Shown one piece after another: positions 24,238-37,724 of a stretch of DNA of 64,000 bases; the stretch's first letter is position 1, and every line of letters begins with the position of its first letter. Position numbers and translations under genes: made by a program. A model generated the notes under the pieces. It did not search any database, was not told the origin of the DNA, and saw only the letters and a list, made by a program, of their open reading frames with translations. Source of the stretch: Macrostomum lignano (Eukaryota); assembly GCA_002269645.1 (NCBI GenBank), contig NIVC01000578.1:262549-326548 (forward strand), given 5' to 3'.

Positions 24238-26862
24238 ACCGTCCCCTCCCCTGCCATCCCTCACCATCCCCTTCCCTGCCATCCCTCACAATCCCCTCCC
24301 CTGCCATCCCTCACCATCCCCTTCCCTGCCATCCCTCACAATCCCCTCCCCTGCCATCCCTCACCATCCCCTTCCCTGCCATCCCTCACTCACCATCCCC
24401 TCCCCTGCCATCCCTCACCATCCCCTTCCCTGCCATCCCTCACTCACCATCCCCTCCCCTGCCATCCCTCACCATCCCCTTCCCTGCCATCCCTCACCAT
24501 CCCCTTCCCTGCCATCCCTCACTCACCATCCCCTCCCCTGCCATCCCTCACCATCCCCTTCCCTGCCATCCCTCACCATCCCCTCCCCTGCCATCCCTCA
24601 CTCACCATCCCCTCCCCTGTCATCCCTTCCCTCACCATCCCCTCCCCTGCCATCCCTCACCATCCCCTCCCCTGCCATCCCTCACCATCCCCTCCCCTGC
24701 CATCCCTCACCATCCCCTTCCCTGCCATCCCTCACCATCCCCTTCCCTGCCATCCCTCACCATACCCTTCCCTGCCATCCCTCACCATCCCCTTCCCTGC
24801 CATCCCTCACCATCCCCTTCCCTGCCATCCCTCACCATCCCCTTCCCTGCCATCCCTCACCATCCCCTTCCCTGCCATCCCTCACCATCCCCTTCCCTGC
24901 CATCCCTCACTCACCATCCCCTTCCCTGCCATCCCTCACCATCCCCTTCCCTGCCATCCCTCACCATCCCCTTCCCTGCCATCCCTCACCATCCCCTTCC
25001 CTGCCATCCCTCACCATCCCCTTCCCTGCCATCCCTCACCATCCCCTTCCCTGCCATCCCTCACTCACCATCCCCTTCCCTGCCATCCCTCACTCACCAT
25101 CCCCTTCCCTGCCATCCCTCACCATCCCTTCCCTGCCATCCCTCACCATCCCCTTCCCTGCCATCCCTCACCATCCCCTTCCCTGCCATCCCTCACCATC
25201 CCCTCCCCTGCCATCCCCTTCCCTGCCATCCCTCACACACCATCCCCTTCCCTGCCATCCCTCACTCACCATCCCCTTCCCTGCCATCCCTCACTCACCA
25301 TCCCCTTCCCTGCCATCCCTCACCATCCCCTCCCCTGCCATCCCTCACCATCCCCTTCCCTGCCATCCCTCACCATCCCCTTCCCTGCCATCCCTCACTC
25401 ACCATCCCCTTCCCTGCCATCCCTCACTCACCATCCCCTTCCCTGCCATCCCTCACCATCCCCTCCCCTGCCATCCCCTTCCCTGCCATCCCTCACCATC
25501 CCCTTCCCTGCCATCCCTCACTCACCATCCCCTTCCCTGCCATCCCTCACCATCCCCTCCCCTGCCATCCCTCACTCACCATCCCCTTCCCTGCCATCCC
25601 TCACCATCCCCTTCCCTGCCATCCCTCACCATCCCCTTCCCTGCCATCCCTCACCATCCCCTTCCCTGCCATTCCTCACCATCCCCTTCCCTGCCATCCC
25701 TCACTCACCATCCCCTTCCCTGCCATCCCTCACCATCCCCTCCCCTGCCATCCCTCACCATCCCCTTCCCTGCCATCCCTCACCATCCCCTTCCCTGCCA
25801 TCCCTCACTCACCATCCCCTTCCCTGCCATCCCTCACTCACCATCCCCTTCCCTGCCATCCCTCACCATCCCCTCCCCTGCCATCCCCTTCCCTGCCATC
25901 CCTCACCATCCCCTTCCCTGCCATCCCTCACCATCCCCTTCCCTGCCATCCCTCACCATCCCCTTCCCTGCCATCCCTCACCATCCCCTTCCCTGCCATC
26001 CCTCACTCACCATCCCCTTCCCTGCCATCCCTCACCATCCCCTTCCCTGCCATCCCTCACCATCCCCTTCCCTGCCATCCCTCACCATCCCCTTCCCTGC
26101 CATCACTCACCATCCCCTTCCCTGCCATCACTCACCATCCCCTTCCCTGCCATCACTCACCATCCCCTTCCCTGCCATCCCTCACTCACCATCCCCTTCC
26201 CTGCCATCCCTCACCATCCCCTTCCCTGCCATCACTCACCATCCCCTTCCCTGCCATCACTCACCATCCCCTTCCCTGCCATCCCTCACACACCATCCCC
26301 TTCCCTGCCATCCCTCACCATCCCCTTCCCTGCCATCCCTCACCATCCCCTTCCCTGCCATCCCTCACCATCCCCTTCCCTGCCATCCCTCACTCACCAT
26401 CCCCTTCCCTGCCATCCCTCACCATCCCCTTCCCTGCCATCCCTCACCATCCCCTTCCCTGCCATCCCTCACCATCCCCTTCCCTGCCATCACTCACCAT
26501 CCCCTTCCCTGCCATCACTCACCATCCCCTTCCCTGCCATCACTCACCATCCCCTTCCCTGCCATCCCTCACTCACCATCCCCTTCCCTGCCATCCCTCA
26601 CCATCCCCTTCCCTGCCATCACTCACCATCCCCTTCCCTGCCATCACTCACCATCCCCTTCCCTGCCATCCCTCACACACCATCCCCTTCCCTGCCATCC
26701 CTCACTCACCATCCCCTTCCCTGCCATCCCTCACTCACCATCCCCTTCCCTGCCATCCCTCACACACCATCCCCTTCCCTGCCATCCCTCACTCACCATC
26801 CCCTCCCCTGCCATCCCTCACTCACCATCCCCTTCCCTGCCATCCCTCACCACCCCCTCCCC
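24238..26862. repeat. 25-bp (29-bp variant) C-rich minisatellite (CCATCCCTCACCATCCCCTTCCCTG), about 2.6 kb
   Basis: Direct tandem array; track ORFs 24160..26961 and 24209..26881 are its translation. Confidence 0.97.
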
Positions 26863-27609
26863 AGGATCAACAGGAACATGACCAACAAACAAAGGCAGGT
26901 AAAAAGTGCTTGGAGCAGACGCTACCAGTTGGAGGCCCCTCTGAACAGCTCGAATATCTGATTAATGTGACAGAGAAGGTGGCCAATCAAACAAGATAAT
27001 ATTCAGGAATTTTTTATTTAGCAAAGTCAAAAATGAATTTATAAGAAGAATGTGTTGATAATTTTTATAATAGTGGTAATTTTTTGAAATTAACTTGTCC
27101 TAAAGCTACTCTAGCAAATGGAACAGGATTATAAGTAGTGCGGATCACAATTGAAAGTCTACAACATCAATAATATTCTTCTATGCAAGGTGTAATTCAA
27201 TTGTAGACAAATATAACAGAATAAATACTTACACAGTACAGACATACGCTCTATTTTGCTAATCATTTTACTGTTAGTAATAAGCACAGTACTCTAATAA
27301 GCCTTTACTAACATAAGCCCGTTGAAAACGATACTGTGCCTAGAATTGCTGTACGAACGTAAAATTTGTTGCAAACAACATTAGCGACTCTGGGGCGACT
27401 CTCGTGACTGTTTAACGACTCAGACGCGTCTAATGCAACAGAGAGGCGACTGTTGCGTCCGGAGCGTCACGTGAGTTGCAGAATCGCAATCACTAAATAG
27501 TCGTCCAGAAACCATTGTGTTGGCGCTTAACTTCGCTAGAGATGCGACTCTAATTCATAAAACAACGCAAATGCGTTTCAAACACAACTCAGTAACTCTA
27601 CAGTGACTC

Positions 27610-28190
27610 TGTTGCTGTTGTCTGCTTGTGTTGTTGTCTATGTATGCCTGTGTTGTTGTTGATGCCTGTTTGTGTTGTTGTTGATGTCTGTTTGTGTTGT
27701 TGATGTTGTCTGCTTGTGTTGTTGTTGATGTATGTTTGTGTTGTTGATGTCTGTTTGTGTTGTTGATGTCTGTTTGTGTTGTTGTTGATGTCTGTTTGTG
27801 TTGTTGATGTCTGTTTGTGTTGTTGATGTCTGTTTATGTTGTTGTTGATGTCTGTTTGTGTTGTTGATGTCTGTTTGTGTTGTTGTCTATGTATGCCTGT
27901 GTTGTTGTTGATGCCTGTTTGTGTTGTTGATGCTGTCTGCTTGTGTTGTTGTTGTTGTTGTCTGTGTTGTTGTTGCTGTCTGTTTGTGTTGTTGTTGATG
28001 TCTGTTTGTGTTGTTGTCTATGTATGCCTGTGTTGTTGTTGATGCCTGTTTGTGTTGTTGTTGATGTCTGTTTGTGTTGTTGATGTTGTCTGCTTGTGTT
28101 GTTGTTGTTGTTGTCTGTTTGTGTTGTTGTTGCTGTCTGGTTGTGTTGTTGTTGCTGTCTATTTGTGTTGTTGTTGTCTGTTTGCTGCTA
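27610..28190. repeat. Degenerate GT-rich repeat (TGTTGTTGATGTCTGTTTG-like)
   Basis: Seen directly. Confidence 0.9.
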
Positions 28191-28807
28191 TCTTTAGTGA
28201 CTTGTACCGCGACATATCGTCGTTATAGAGTCACTTCTTTCCTATTTTACGAGCCTGTGTCACCTGCAACGACGCTGGGGCGACGCAAGTGACTGGGGCG
28301 ACTCTCGGCCTCGGTACCGTTTTCATCGGGCATTGTCTGTTCAAAAACACGACACGAGAGCGATTAAAACCAGAAAAAGGAGCGCATATTAGCGACTAAA
28401 GTACATAACCAGAGTAAAGAGGAGCGTACAATCAATTTAGTCAATTAAGGGAGAAAAATAAAACAGCAAATGAAATTCTGCAGAGCCACCAGAACGCTGA
28501 TAAAGAACTGAATACACAGAGGGAATAATTGAACAGGTTATTATGCAGAGATGTGGTTGACGCCACACACACAAACAATAACGGGCGTTTGATCTAAAAA
28601 GTGTCATAGGACTTCTTTAAGCATGGGATTTACAGGACAGACAGCAGTTCAAACCCTGAATACCAAACTTGAGTGTTGATAAGACTCCAAAAGATTACAT
28701 TCTTAATGTGAACTGCTAAGATTTCCGCGAAAAAAGATGCGGGCTTCTAGGAAAACTTCCTTTATTCGACTAGATGCAGCCAACTTGCCAATTCTGATGC
28801 TCAAACC

Positions 28808-29545
28808 AATTCTCAGTGGCTAATGTACATTCTCAGTGGCTAATGTACATTCTTAGTTGGCTAATGTACATTCTCAGTAACTACTGTACATTCTTAGTGG
28901 CTAATGTACATTCTCAGTGGCTAATGTACATTCTCAGTGGCTAATGTACATTCTCAGTTGGCTAATGTAATTCTTAGTTGGCTAATGTACATTCTCAGTA
29001 ACTACTGTACATTCTTAGTGGCTAATGTACATTCTCAGTGGCTAATGCACATTCTCAGTTGGCTAATGTAATTCTCAGTTGGCTAATGTACATTCTCAAT
29101 TGGCTAATGTACATTCTCAATTGGCTAATGTACATTCTCAGTGGCTAATGTACTATTCCTTATTTGACAGATTTTTTTGATTTTTTTGACAAAGGATCTC
29201 AGACGAAGTGGCCCAGATTTCGGCTGAGACGCTTACCAAAGCCCTGCTGGACTTTCCGCGGCGGCTGGAGGCCTGCCTTGCAAACGGCGGTGGCCACATC
29301 GAAGGACCCTGAACGGACTGTATTTTTTAACGTATGAACATGCTTTTGGTGTCAAAAAATCCCTTTAATATATATTTTCTTATGCTAAACTCTGGTGGGG
29401 ATCCAAGCATTAATCACAAAGTTATTCACGAAACAAGTTGTAAAGTTACTAATGGGACACCCTGTACATTCTCAGTAACTACTGTACATTCTCAGTGGCT
29501 AATGTACATTCTCAGTAACTACTGTACATTCTCAGTGGCTAATGC
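28808..29545. repeat. About 20-bp minisatellite (TACATTCTCAGTGGCTAATG), interrupted by a Tc1/mariner fragment
   Basis: Units at about 28808-29153 and 29463-29545. Confidence 0.9.
29190..29464 (+). mobile_element. 3' fragment of a Tc1/mariner-superfamily element (maT/rosa/Tc3-like end)
   Basis: Encodes QRISDEVAQISAETLTKALLDFPRRLEACLANGGGHIEGP*, a typical transposase C-terminus (RLxxCxxxxGGHxE); ends ...GGGACACCCTG followed by TA (reverse complement CAGGGTGTCCC). Confidence 0.75.
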
Positions 29546-29723
29546 ACACACTTATTCAGCTTACGTGAGCTTCATTTCAGCCAGTCCAACTAGCTGCTGT
29601 GCAGGACACTCATCTTGAACTGCCACAAGCGACATTATGCCCAAAACAGTTTCTAAAACCCATGTTCCAGTCAACCATAAAGTTACTATAGTCCATAATT
29701 AGCATAAATTTACTAATTTATGA

Positions 29724-32700
29724 TTAGTCCTTCTTGGCGTGGGCGTAGCCCCTCCTGTAGATGATGCTGTCCTTGCCCGGGTCGATGTTCCACAGCCCGT
29801 AGGCCACGGCGTACACGGCCAGCGCCAGCACCACCGACAGCCACAGGATGAGGTTGAACATCACCGGGAAGTCCGACTTGTAGTTGTCGGCTAGCCGCAT
29901 GCCGTCGTCTTCGGCGGCGGCGGCCTCCTTCGGGGCGGCCATCAGCGAGCGGCCAACGCGGATGAGCTCGGCGGCCGGGCCGGACACGGTTGCCATGGCA
30001 ACAAAGGCCCGCTGGGGCCCGGCGGCGTCGGCCAGCCGACCGGCCAGCTTGACGGCGAATTCAACAACCCGGCGGCGGGCGTCGGCGGTCAGGCCGACTG
30101 TCGGGATGTCGACACGGAGGGCGTCGGGCTGCGAGTCGGCCAGCAGACCGGAAGCCACCACCCGGTCGGCGAGGGCGCGGGCGAAACGAAGCTGCCGCCG
30201 GGTCTCCGCGGGCAGGCTTGAGTCGTCAGACAGGGCGGCGGGCAGCGAGTCGGCGGCCTGGGGTTTTCGGATTGCGCAACATGCGACTAAATTTTAGTTT
30301 GACATGGCGATTTTCGAGCACTGAACACCTCCAGACACCCCATCACTGAAACCCACACCTCCAGACACCCCATTACTGAAACCCACACCTGACACCCCAT
30401 CACTGAAACCCACACCTGACACCCCATCACTGAAACCCACACCTGACAGCCCATCACTGAAACCCACACCTGACACCCTATCACTGAAACCCACAACTGA
30501 CACCCCATCACAGAAACCACACCTGACAGGCCATCACTGAAACCCATACCTGACAGCCCATCACAGAAACTACACCTTACAGCCCATCACTGAAACCCAT
30601 ACCTGACAGCCCATCACAGAAACCACACCTGACAGCCCATCCTGAAACCCATACCTGACAGCCCATCACAGAAACCCACACCTGACAGCCCATCACTGAA
30701 ACCCACACCTGACAGCCCATCACAGAAACCCACACCTGACAGCCCATCACTGAAACCCACACACCCCCGTTGGAAAAGTTATGCACCTGCAGAGGCATAA
30801 AAGGTGAACGAGGTGCACAAAAAGAGGCACTTTAGTGGTCTATTTCGTGCGTGTTTTGGAAATGCACCTGAGTGCACCTTTTATGCCTAAATGTCACCAA
30901 TATTTTTGAAAAGAGGCATGAAAGGTGTACAATCGGTGAAGTGGTCAGGCAGTAGGTGAATTCTCAATTTTGATTGGTTGTGGCGGTAGGGGCAGTAAAG
31001 GTGTATAAGGGGCACTGGAGGTGCGCAAAAGGTGAAGAGTAGGCTCACAAGTGAGGCACATCAGGGGAACGAGAGGTGCTGAAGGGGCGCAGAAAGCGCA
31101 TGAAAGGTGAATTAGAGGTGCATAAGGTGTACATGTGCGGCGTAAATATGTATATAGGTGCATTTCCAAAACACGCTCGAAATAGACCCCTAAAGTGCCT
31201 CTTCTGTGCACCTCGCTCACCTTTCATGCCTATGCATGAATTAACGCATTAATAATTCGTAACAAAATTAACTGAGAGTTACATACAGTAACATACTCGT
31301 ACATTGCATGCACAGACTGAACATAGAAAAGCTTTGTTTAAACCTATACTAATCGCTGCTATCCCCTTCCTGATCCTAACAAACCACGAAACTAAACATT
31401 TCCTATACTGATAAGTTTTAATGACTTTCAAATACTCAGGAAAAGTTCCGAAAAGTGATAAAAAGGTTTGCATTAGTGAGGAAAAGTTTCGAATAGTGAG
31501 AAAAGGAAGCAAATAACTTTGCCAGTTGAAAATTTAACGCCCCTTGCATTGCCTCTACGCCTAAAGTGCCCACTGTGTACCTTTTATGCACCTGAATCCC
31601 CTACGACACCTGTGCCCCTACCGCCTATTTCGTGCCTTAAATTCACCTTTTGACCCTGCAGAGGCACTCAGGTGAACACGCGGTGCACAAGTGGCACAAA
31701 ATAGGCATAGAAGAGGCGAAAGTGAGGCAGAAGGTGCAAAACTCTTCACCTTTCATGCCTACTTTAAAAACTCAAAATCCAACGGGACCCACATCATCTG
31801 ACACCAGCACCGCAGAAAACTACATTTCTAACACGAAACAAGCAACACTGATGATACACCTGACCTGACACCCACACCACCGACACCAACCCCGCTGACA
31901 CCCACACCGCTAAAACCTGACCCCGGAGTCTCTTGATTACCTCAGCGCCGGCGAACAGGCCCGGGTGCGACGAGTCGGCGAGGTCGCTGGAGCCGGCCAG
32001 CAGCGACTTGGACAGGCCGGCACGGGCTGCAGCTTCGGCCAGACCAGTAGGCTGGTAGGTCAGCGCATCGTCGCTGCCGCCGAGGCGGAAGCTTAGCTGG
32101 GCAGAGGCGCCGGAAATGGCAGTGCGGATGTCGGCGTCGACCTCAGCGCAGGCGTCTCCGCAGGCGAAAGCGATGATGGCCAGGAGGCTGGGACGGCGGA
32201 AAAACGACACGTCGGAGACCAGGCCCGACTGTGTCTGTGGGGCGGGAAGTTCAGCGAACTGATGAGCTCTGCAGCCACCGCCTAGGAGCTGGGAGACTGG
32301 CCCAGCAACTGAGGATCTGGGAGGCTGGCCCAGCAACTGAGGATCTGGGAGACTGGCCCAGCAACTGAGGATCTGGGAGGCTGGCCCAGCAACTGAGGAT
32401 CTGGGAGACTGGCCCAGCAACTGAGGATCTGGGAGGCTGGCCCAGCAACTGAGGATCTGGGAGGCTGGCCCAGCAACTGAGGATCTGGGAGGCTGGCCCA
32501 GCAACTGAGGATCTGGGAGGCTGGCCCAGCAACTGAGGATCTGGGAGGCTGACCCAGCAACTGAGGATCTGGGAGGGCAGCAGAGTCAAGTAAATACAGT
32601 AAAATTATCACTAATCAGCAAGAAATCAAGCGAACCTCATCCAGGCCAAATAGTTGAAGGGGCAGCGCCCGCACATCAGCAAGTGAGACTTGTTTTGAAC

Positions 32701-32757
32701 TGCTCAGTTTAACACCAGATGGAACATTCACTACTGTCAGCTGATTGCCCAGTGCAT
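29724..32757 (-). CDS. ATP6AP2: V-ATPase accessory protein / (pro)renin receptor; three exons found, signal-peptide exon not located
   Basis: Exons 32757-32636 (ALGNQLTVVNVPSGVK...ADVRALPLQLFGLDE), about 32234-31941 (SGLVSDVSFFRRPSLLAIIAF) and 30257-29724 (LADNYKSDFPVMFNLILWLSVVLALAVYAVAYGLWNIDPGKDSIIYR); phases are consistent; C-terminus matches the family signature FNxxLW...WNxDPGxDSIIYR. The acceptor at 32234 is a best guess. Confidence 0.9.
30318..30763. repeat. 27-bp intronic minisatellite (CCCATCACTGAAACCCACACCTGACAC)
   Basis: Direct tandem copies in an ATP6AP2 intron. Confidence 0.93.
30766..31786. mobile_element. Non-autonomous EnSpm/CACTA-type element (1021 bp) in an ATP6AP2 intron
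   Basis: Termini CCCGTTGGA...TCCAACGGG; 3-bp TSD ACC (30763-30765 and 31787-31789); subterminal motif AGGCAT(A/G)AAAGGTG repeated in both orientations. Confidence 0.75.
32286..32575. repeat. 28-bp intronic minisatellite (CTGGGAGGCTGGCCCAGCAACTGAGGAT)
   Basis: Direct tandem copies. Confidence 0.95.
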
Positions 32758-33144
32758 CTAAAAGTTGATAAAATGATAGATTATATTCTGATTGATTTGT
32801 AGATTGTTACTCAAACTATGCACCAAAAGGATAGTGAGACTAAGTAGCTTTATGAAGAGGCCATTTTATTGCATATCAGCATATATACAATAAAATATTA
32901 TGAGTAACCTCAGCAAAAGCCAGTCAATTTCCTTCAGGGATTAGAAGACTAAATAATGTTTAAATATGTTCAAATGATGCAGGAAAAATTTTTTTATGTG
33001 CTTGAAATTTCTAAATCTATTGGCTGTCTTTTATTATACTAAAAACTTTTCTATTTTGCAAAATTTTTTAAACTTAATGTACTAGCAATCAGAGAATGGA
33101 ATGAAAATTACTGAATAAACTAAATGTAGCTCCTGATCTTCAGC

Positions 33145-34383
33145 CTTGACATCTCAGCAATTCCCCCATCAGCATTGACATCTCAGCAATTCCCCCATCA
33201 GCATTGACATCTCAGCAATTCCCCCATCAGCATTGACATCTCAGCAATTCCCCCATCAGCATTGACATCTCAGCAATTCCCCCACTCCATCAGCATTGAC
33301 ATCTCAGCAATTCCCCCATTCCATCAGCATTGACATCTCAGCAATTCCCCCATCAGCATTGACATCTCAGCAATTCCCCCATCAGCATTGAAATCTCAGC
33401 AATTCCCCCATTCCATCAGCATTGACATCTCAGCAATTCCCCATCAGCATTGACATCTCAGCAATTCCCCCATCAGCATTGACATCTCAGCAATTCCCCC
33501 ATCAGCATTGAAATCTCAGCAATTCCCCCATTCCATCAGCATTGACATCTCAGCAATTCCCCCATCAGCATTGACATCTCAGCAATTCCCCCATCAGCAT
33601 TGACATCTCAGCAATTCCCCCATCAGCATTGAAATCTCAGCAATTCCCCCATTCCATCAGCATTGACATCTCAGCAATTCCCCCATCAGCATTGACATCT
33701 CAGCAATTCCCCCATCAGCATTGAAATCTCAGCAATTCCCCCATTCCATCAGCATTGACATCTCAGCAATTCCCCCATCAGCATTGACATCTCAGCAATT
33801 CCCCCATCAGCATTGAAATCTCAGCAATTCCCCCATCAGCATTGAAATCTCAGCAATTCCCCCATCAGCATTGACATCTCAGCAATTCCTCCATCAGCAT
33901 TGACATCTTAGCAATTCCCCCATCAGCATTGACATCTTAGCAATTCCCCCATCAGCATTGACATCTTAGCAATTCCCCATCAGCATTGACATCTCAGCAA
34001 TTCCCCCATCAGCATTGACATCTTAGCAATTCCCCCATCAGCATTGACATCTCAGCAATTCCCCCATCAGCATTGAAATCTCAGCAATTCCCCCATCAGC
34101 ATTGAAATCTCAGCAATTCCCCCATCAGCATTGACATCTCAGCAATTCCTCCATCAGCATTGACATCTTAGCAATTCCCCCATCAGCATTGACATCTTAG
34201 CAATTCCCCCATCAGCATTGACATCTCAGCAATTCCCCCATCAGCATTGACATCTCAGCAATTCCCCCATCAGCATTGACATCTTAGCAATTCCCCCATC
34301 AGCATTGACATCTTAGCAATTCCCCCATCAGCATTGACATCTTAGCAATTCCCCCATCAGCATTGACATCTCAGCAATTCCCC
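33145..34383. repeat. 29-bp minisatellite (TTGACATCTCAGCAATTCCCCCATCAGCA)
   Basis: About 42 tandem copies. Confidence 0.96.
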
Positions 34384-34759
34384 TTCTCCCTTCTCCTCTC
34401 TGCCCTTTTCTCTCTTCATTTTCTCCTCAATGCCCTTTTTTCTCCTCTTTATACTCAACAAAAATGCGATGTCTTGGCCAAATGATAAGTTTTTGGCCAA
34501 AAATGCAACTTACACATGTAAAAAACCCTAAAGCAAAATTAACGCAACTTTGGGTAAGAAACAGGAGTAACTATGACTGTCTTATTATGACAATATGCAT
34601 TATCAGCTACTTAGTACTACTACTAGGGTATTTTTTCGGGTGGACATTTTTGCAACCTCCTTGGTTGGCCGCTAAATCAATTGGCCAGATCGGCCGACTT
34701 GGCTGACTGTTGCGCATGTATGTCAGCAAAAATGTTTTTTTTTTACTTTAAAGGAAAGG

Positions 34760-35135
34760 GAATAGAAGATTAGAGATGAGCAAACAAAGAAGAGGCAAAA
34801 GATATGATAAGAGAAAAGATAGAAGAGGAAATGAGAGGAGAGAGATGATAGATGATAGATGACATAAAAGAGCAGTGAGAAGAGGAGAAAGGAGAGGAAA
34901 GAGTAGATGAAAGGAGGATAAAGAGGATATGAGAGGAAAGAAAAGAGATGAGAGAGTAGAAAAGAGAGGAGATGGAAAAGAGAAAAGATTAGAGATCAGA
35001 GAGGAGATTAGATAAGAGAGTAGAGTTGAGAGACAAGAGGAGAGCTGATGGGAGTGTAGAAAAGAGATACAATAGAAAAGGGATAAGAGAAAAGAAAAAG
35101 AGGAGACAGATAAAAGTTTGAAGAGAGAAGAGAAG
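34760..35135. repeat. GA-rich low-complexity tract
   Basis: Strongly purine-skewed; similar tracts at 37725-39115 and 52215-52490. Confidence 0.85.
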
Positions 35136-37724
35136 TTTCTGTTAAAATGTCTTCAACTCTTAATTTAACATGCATTTACTCCCATTTTTGTTTGCCTTTT
35201 TCCTAACAATCAACAAGTTTTTGTTTGATCATGACTTCAAAATTTGCATGTTTTAATAGCTTGTATCTTTACTAGATTCATATTCTGCTTCGGATGAGCC
35301 ATTTGAATCAGGGCTCTTATCTTTTAGGCCAAATTGTCTAGCAAGTGGAATTATTGATTCTTATATATGAGGTTAAGAATAAGTCTTGATTTGATAAATT
35401 ATTTACATATATATATTTCATTTATTCTCAGGGTAAAATGAACTATATAAATAAAGTCACAGACAATCATTTTTTATTTTATTACTAAAATAAAAAAGTC
35501 TGCACCTATGCATTTCGTTAAAACACTTGAAAAACCTACTGATTTTAAATTGAATAAAAGTCATTATAAAATAATATATTAGAGGTTATAAAGTAATTAG
35601 ACTATTGAAATATCAAGCAGCAGCTGTTTCTTTATTTTGATAAATTGATATATTTTAAAGAATTCCACTAACTAATTAATGGATTATATTATATGGACTT
35701 GGACCCAAACCAATATCCAATTTAAAACTTTTGTGCAGGGCCCCTCCTGATTTCTTTATAAAATAGTCACCGTTTAGTCAATTTGAATTCACGCCAAAAA
35801 CTAAGAAACATATTTTGTTTTATTACTCGTATTTTCTATAATATTTTGTGCTAAGAAATTTTTGTTTAAAACTGTAACAAATTTTATAGTATAAATAGAA
35901 GCGATTTTGGCAGAGGGAAAACCAACCTTGCGCATCGCGGTTCAATAATAAAACAATTGATAGCTGATAATAAGAGTTCCGAGAAAATCTAATTGAAGAG
36001 GTGTTTTCTATGTTGATTCTTTTTAAGAAGTAAGAGCGAAATAGACTGAAGTATATATGGTACATACTATTGAGAAGCAGCAGTATTGAGTAGTAAGAGA
36101 ATACAAAGTAGATCTGAAGTGATACGTGTAAAAATAACCAGAGGCTGTGACCCTCTGATCTCAGTAACGCCCAAGGACTTGCAAAGTACATGGAATACAA
36201 ATACCAGTATAGCCAATAGACCACTCAGGCCAAAAGTACAGTGAACGCTACTGGAATCAGAATAAACACTACCAGAATAACTGAGGAGTAAAATCTTTCA
36301 GGGCTAATAGTTTTCTAAGAATAATACTCAGACTAAATACTCAGACTAAATACTCAGACTAAATACTCAGACTAAATACTAAGATATATACTCAGATAAA
36401 TTCTAAGAAACATTTCTCGGATTATTCTAAGATTGATAAACTCATAATTTATTAATAGGATAATCCTGGTGGCAGCTACCAACTTAAAGATTAGTGTAGG
36501 AAGTTTAGCCCTTTGACAATTTCAGTAAAAGGAGACACCCTTGTTACAGCTTGGTGGCAGCTAATAAGGCTAAAAAAATAATAAATAAGAGCCCTGCGAC
36601 AGCTTTTGGTGTCAGCGGTTGAGATTTTCTAGAGAAAGCTGAAAGGCCTAGTACACTTTTTATTAATTTTAACACATTAAATTTCAAGCGCCACCCCACT
36701 TCTACCGATTCTTTTCAAATTTAACACAGATAATCTTAAACTATTTTGGCACAATCATATAAAATTTCAAGTCTCAAAGTTAATCCTGAGTGGTGCTGTG
36801 CACTTTTAAAGTTAGGCTGTTTTTTTTCAGCGAGGCAGCCACTCCAACCTTCGCCCACCTGCCTTTCTTTCCCGATCTAGGCAAAAGGTGTGAATAGGTT
36901 TTAAAATGCCTAACTTTCGGCTGCCATAGTTTTGCTCCACGTGAAGCGATTGACTTCAAATTTGACACAATTCTTCATTGACTCATTTCTCTATCTAAAT
37001 GTAAAGTCTCAACTCTGTATCTCAATCAAGACAGAAACTGTAAGCATGTGAAGTTTGTCTGCTTTTTCTGTTGTTTGTGCCGCTCACTCACTCATTCCCC
37101 CAGCTCAGACGAAGGGTCAGGCGATAGGGCTCAATGTACATAGCGAGTGTACAGTGTTTTGTAATAACTTTTTAATAGCCTTCTCTGTACCCCGCGACTG
37201 CGATTAGAGAGGCGTGGAGAGGAGAGACAGTTTAGCGAGAGATTCAAACCACTGTCCTCTGTATAGACAAGTCTGCAGCAGTTTAACTGTGGATGGCAAA
37301 TCAAGAGTCAAGACAATGGTGGGATGGTTTGTAAAAATAGCGAAAAATAAATGAATAACAACTGATTACAATGCAATTCTACTAAATCAGTTAGTTACAG
37401 CATGAAGCTTTCAACATTAAAATTCGCATAAGGTAACTTTAAAATTTAAATGGCTCCTAAGAAATGCGTATTTCCCTTGGTTGTTAGACTGCTGCAGAGT
37501 GCAGACTTTGGTGGTGGAGCTGGAGATACACAAATTTCTCTTAAGGGCTGCTAATTGGCCAGAAAGATGACGTGATTAAAGGATAAGAAATGATAACAGC
37601 CATGCGAGTACTATGTCCCACAATTCCACAAACTGGCTTTTGAAGCAGGGATTGGCAGATTTTTATCTCAAAGGCCAGATAAAGAATCCAGCCCATGGCT
37701 GCGCCTGCGGGCCAGATGAGAGTA

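Noticed and set aside
24160-26961. 933-aa and 890-aa Pro/Ser/His-rich ORFs
   Set aside because: Stop-free frames of a C-rich minisatellite.
26865-26990. THAP-like VCSKHF motif on the minus strand
   Set aside because: Isolated six-residue match; the other THAP residues are missing and the frame closes quickly.
27330-28320. Possible TIR element around the GT-rich repeat
   Set aside because: CTGGGGCGACTCTCG occurs as a direct repeat; the inverted terminal match is too weak and there is no TSD.
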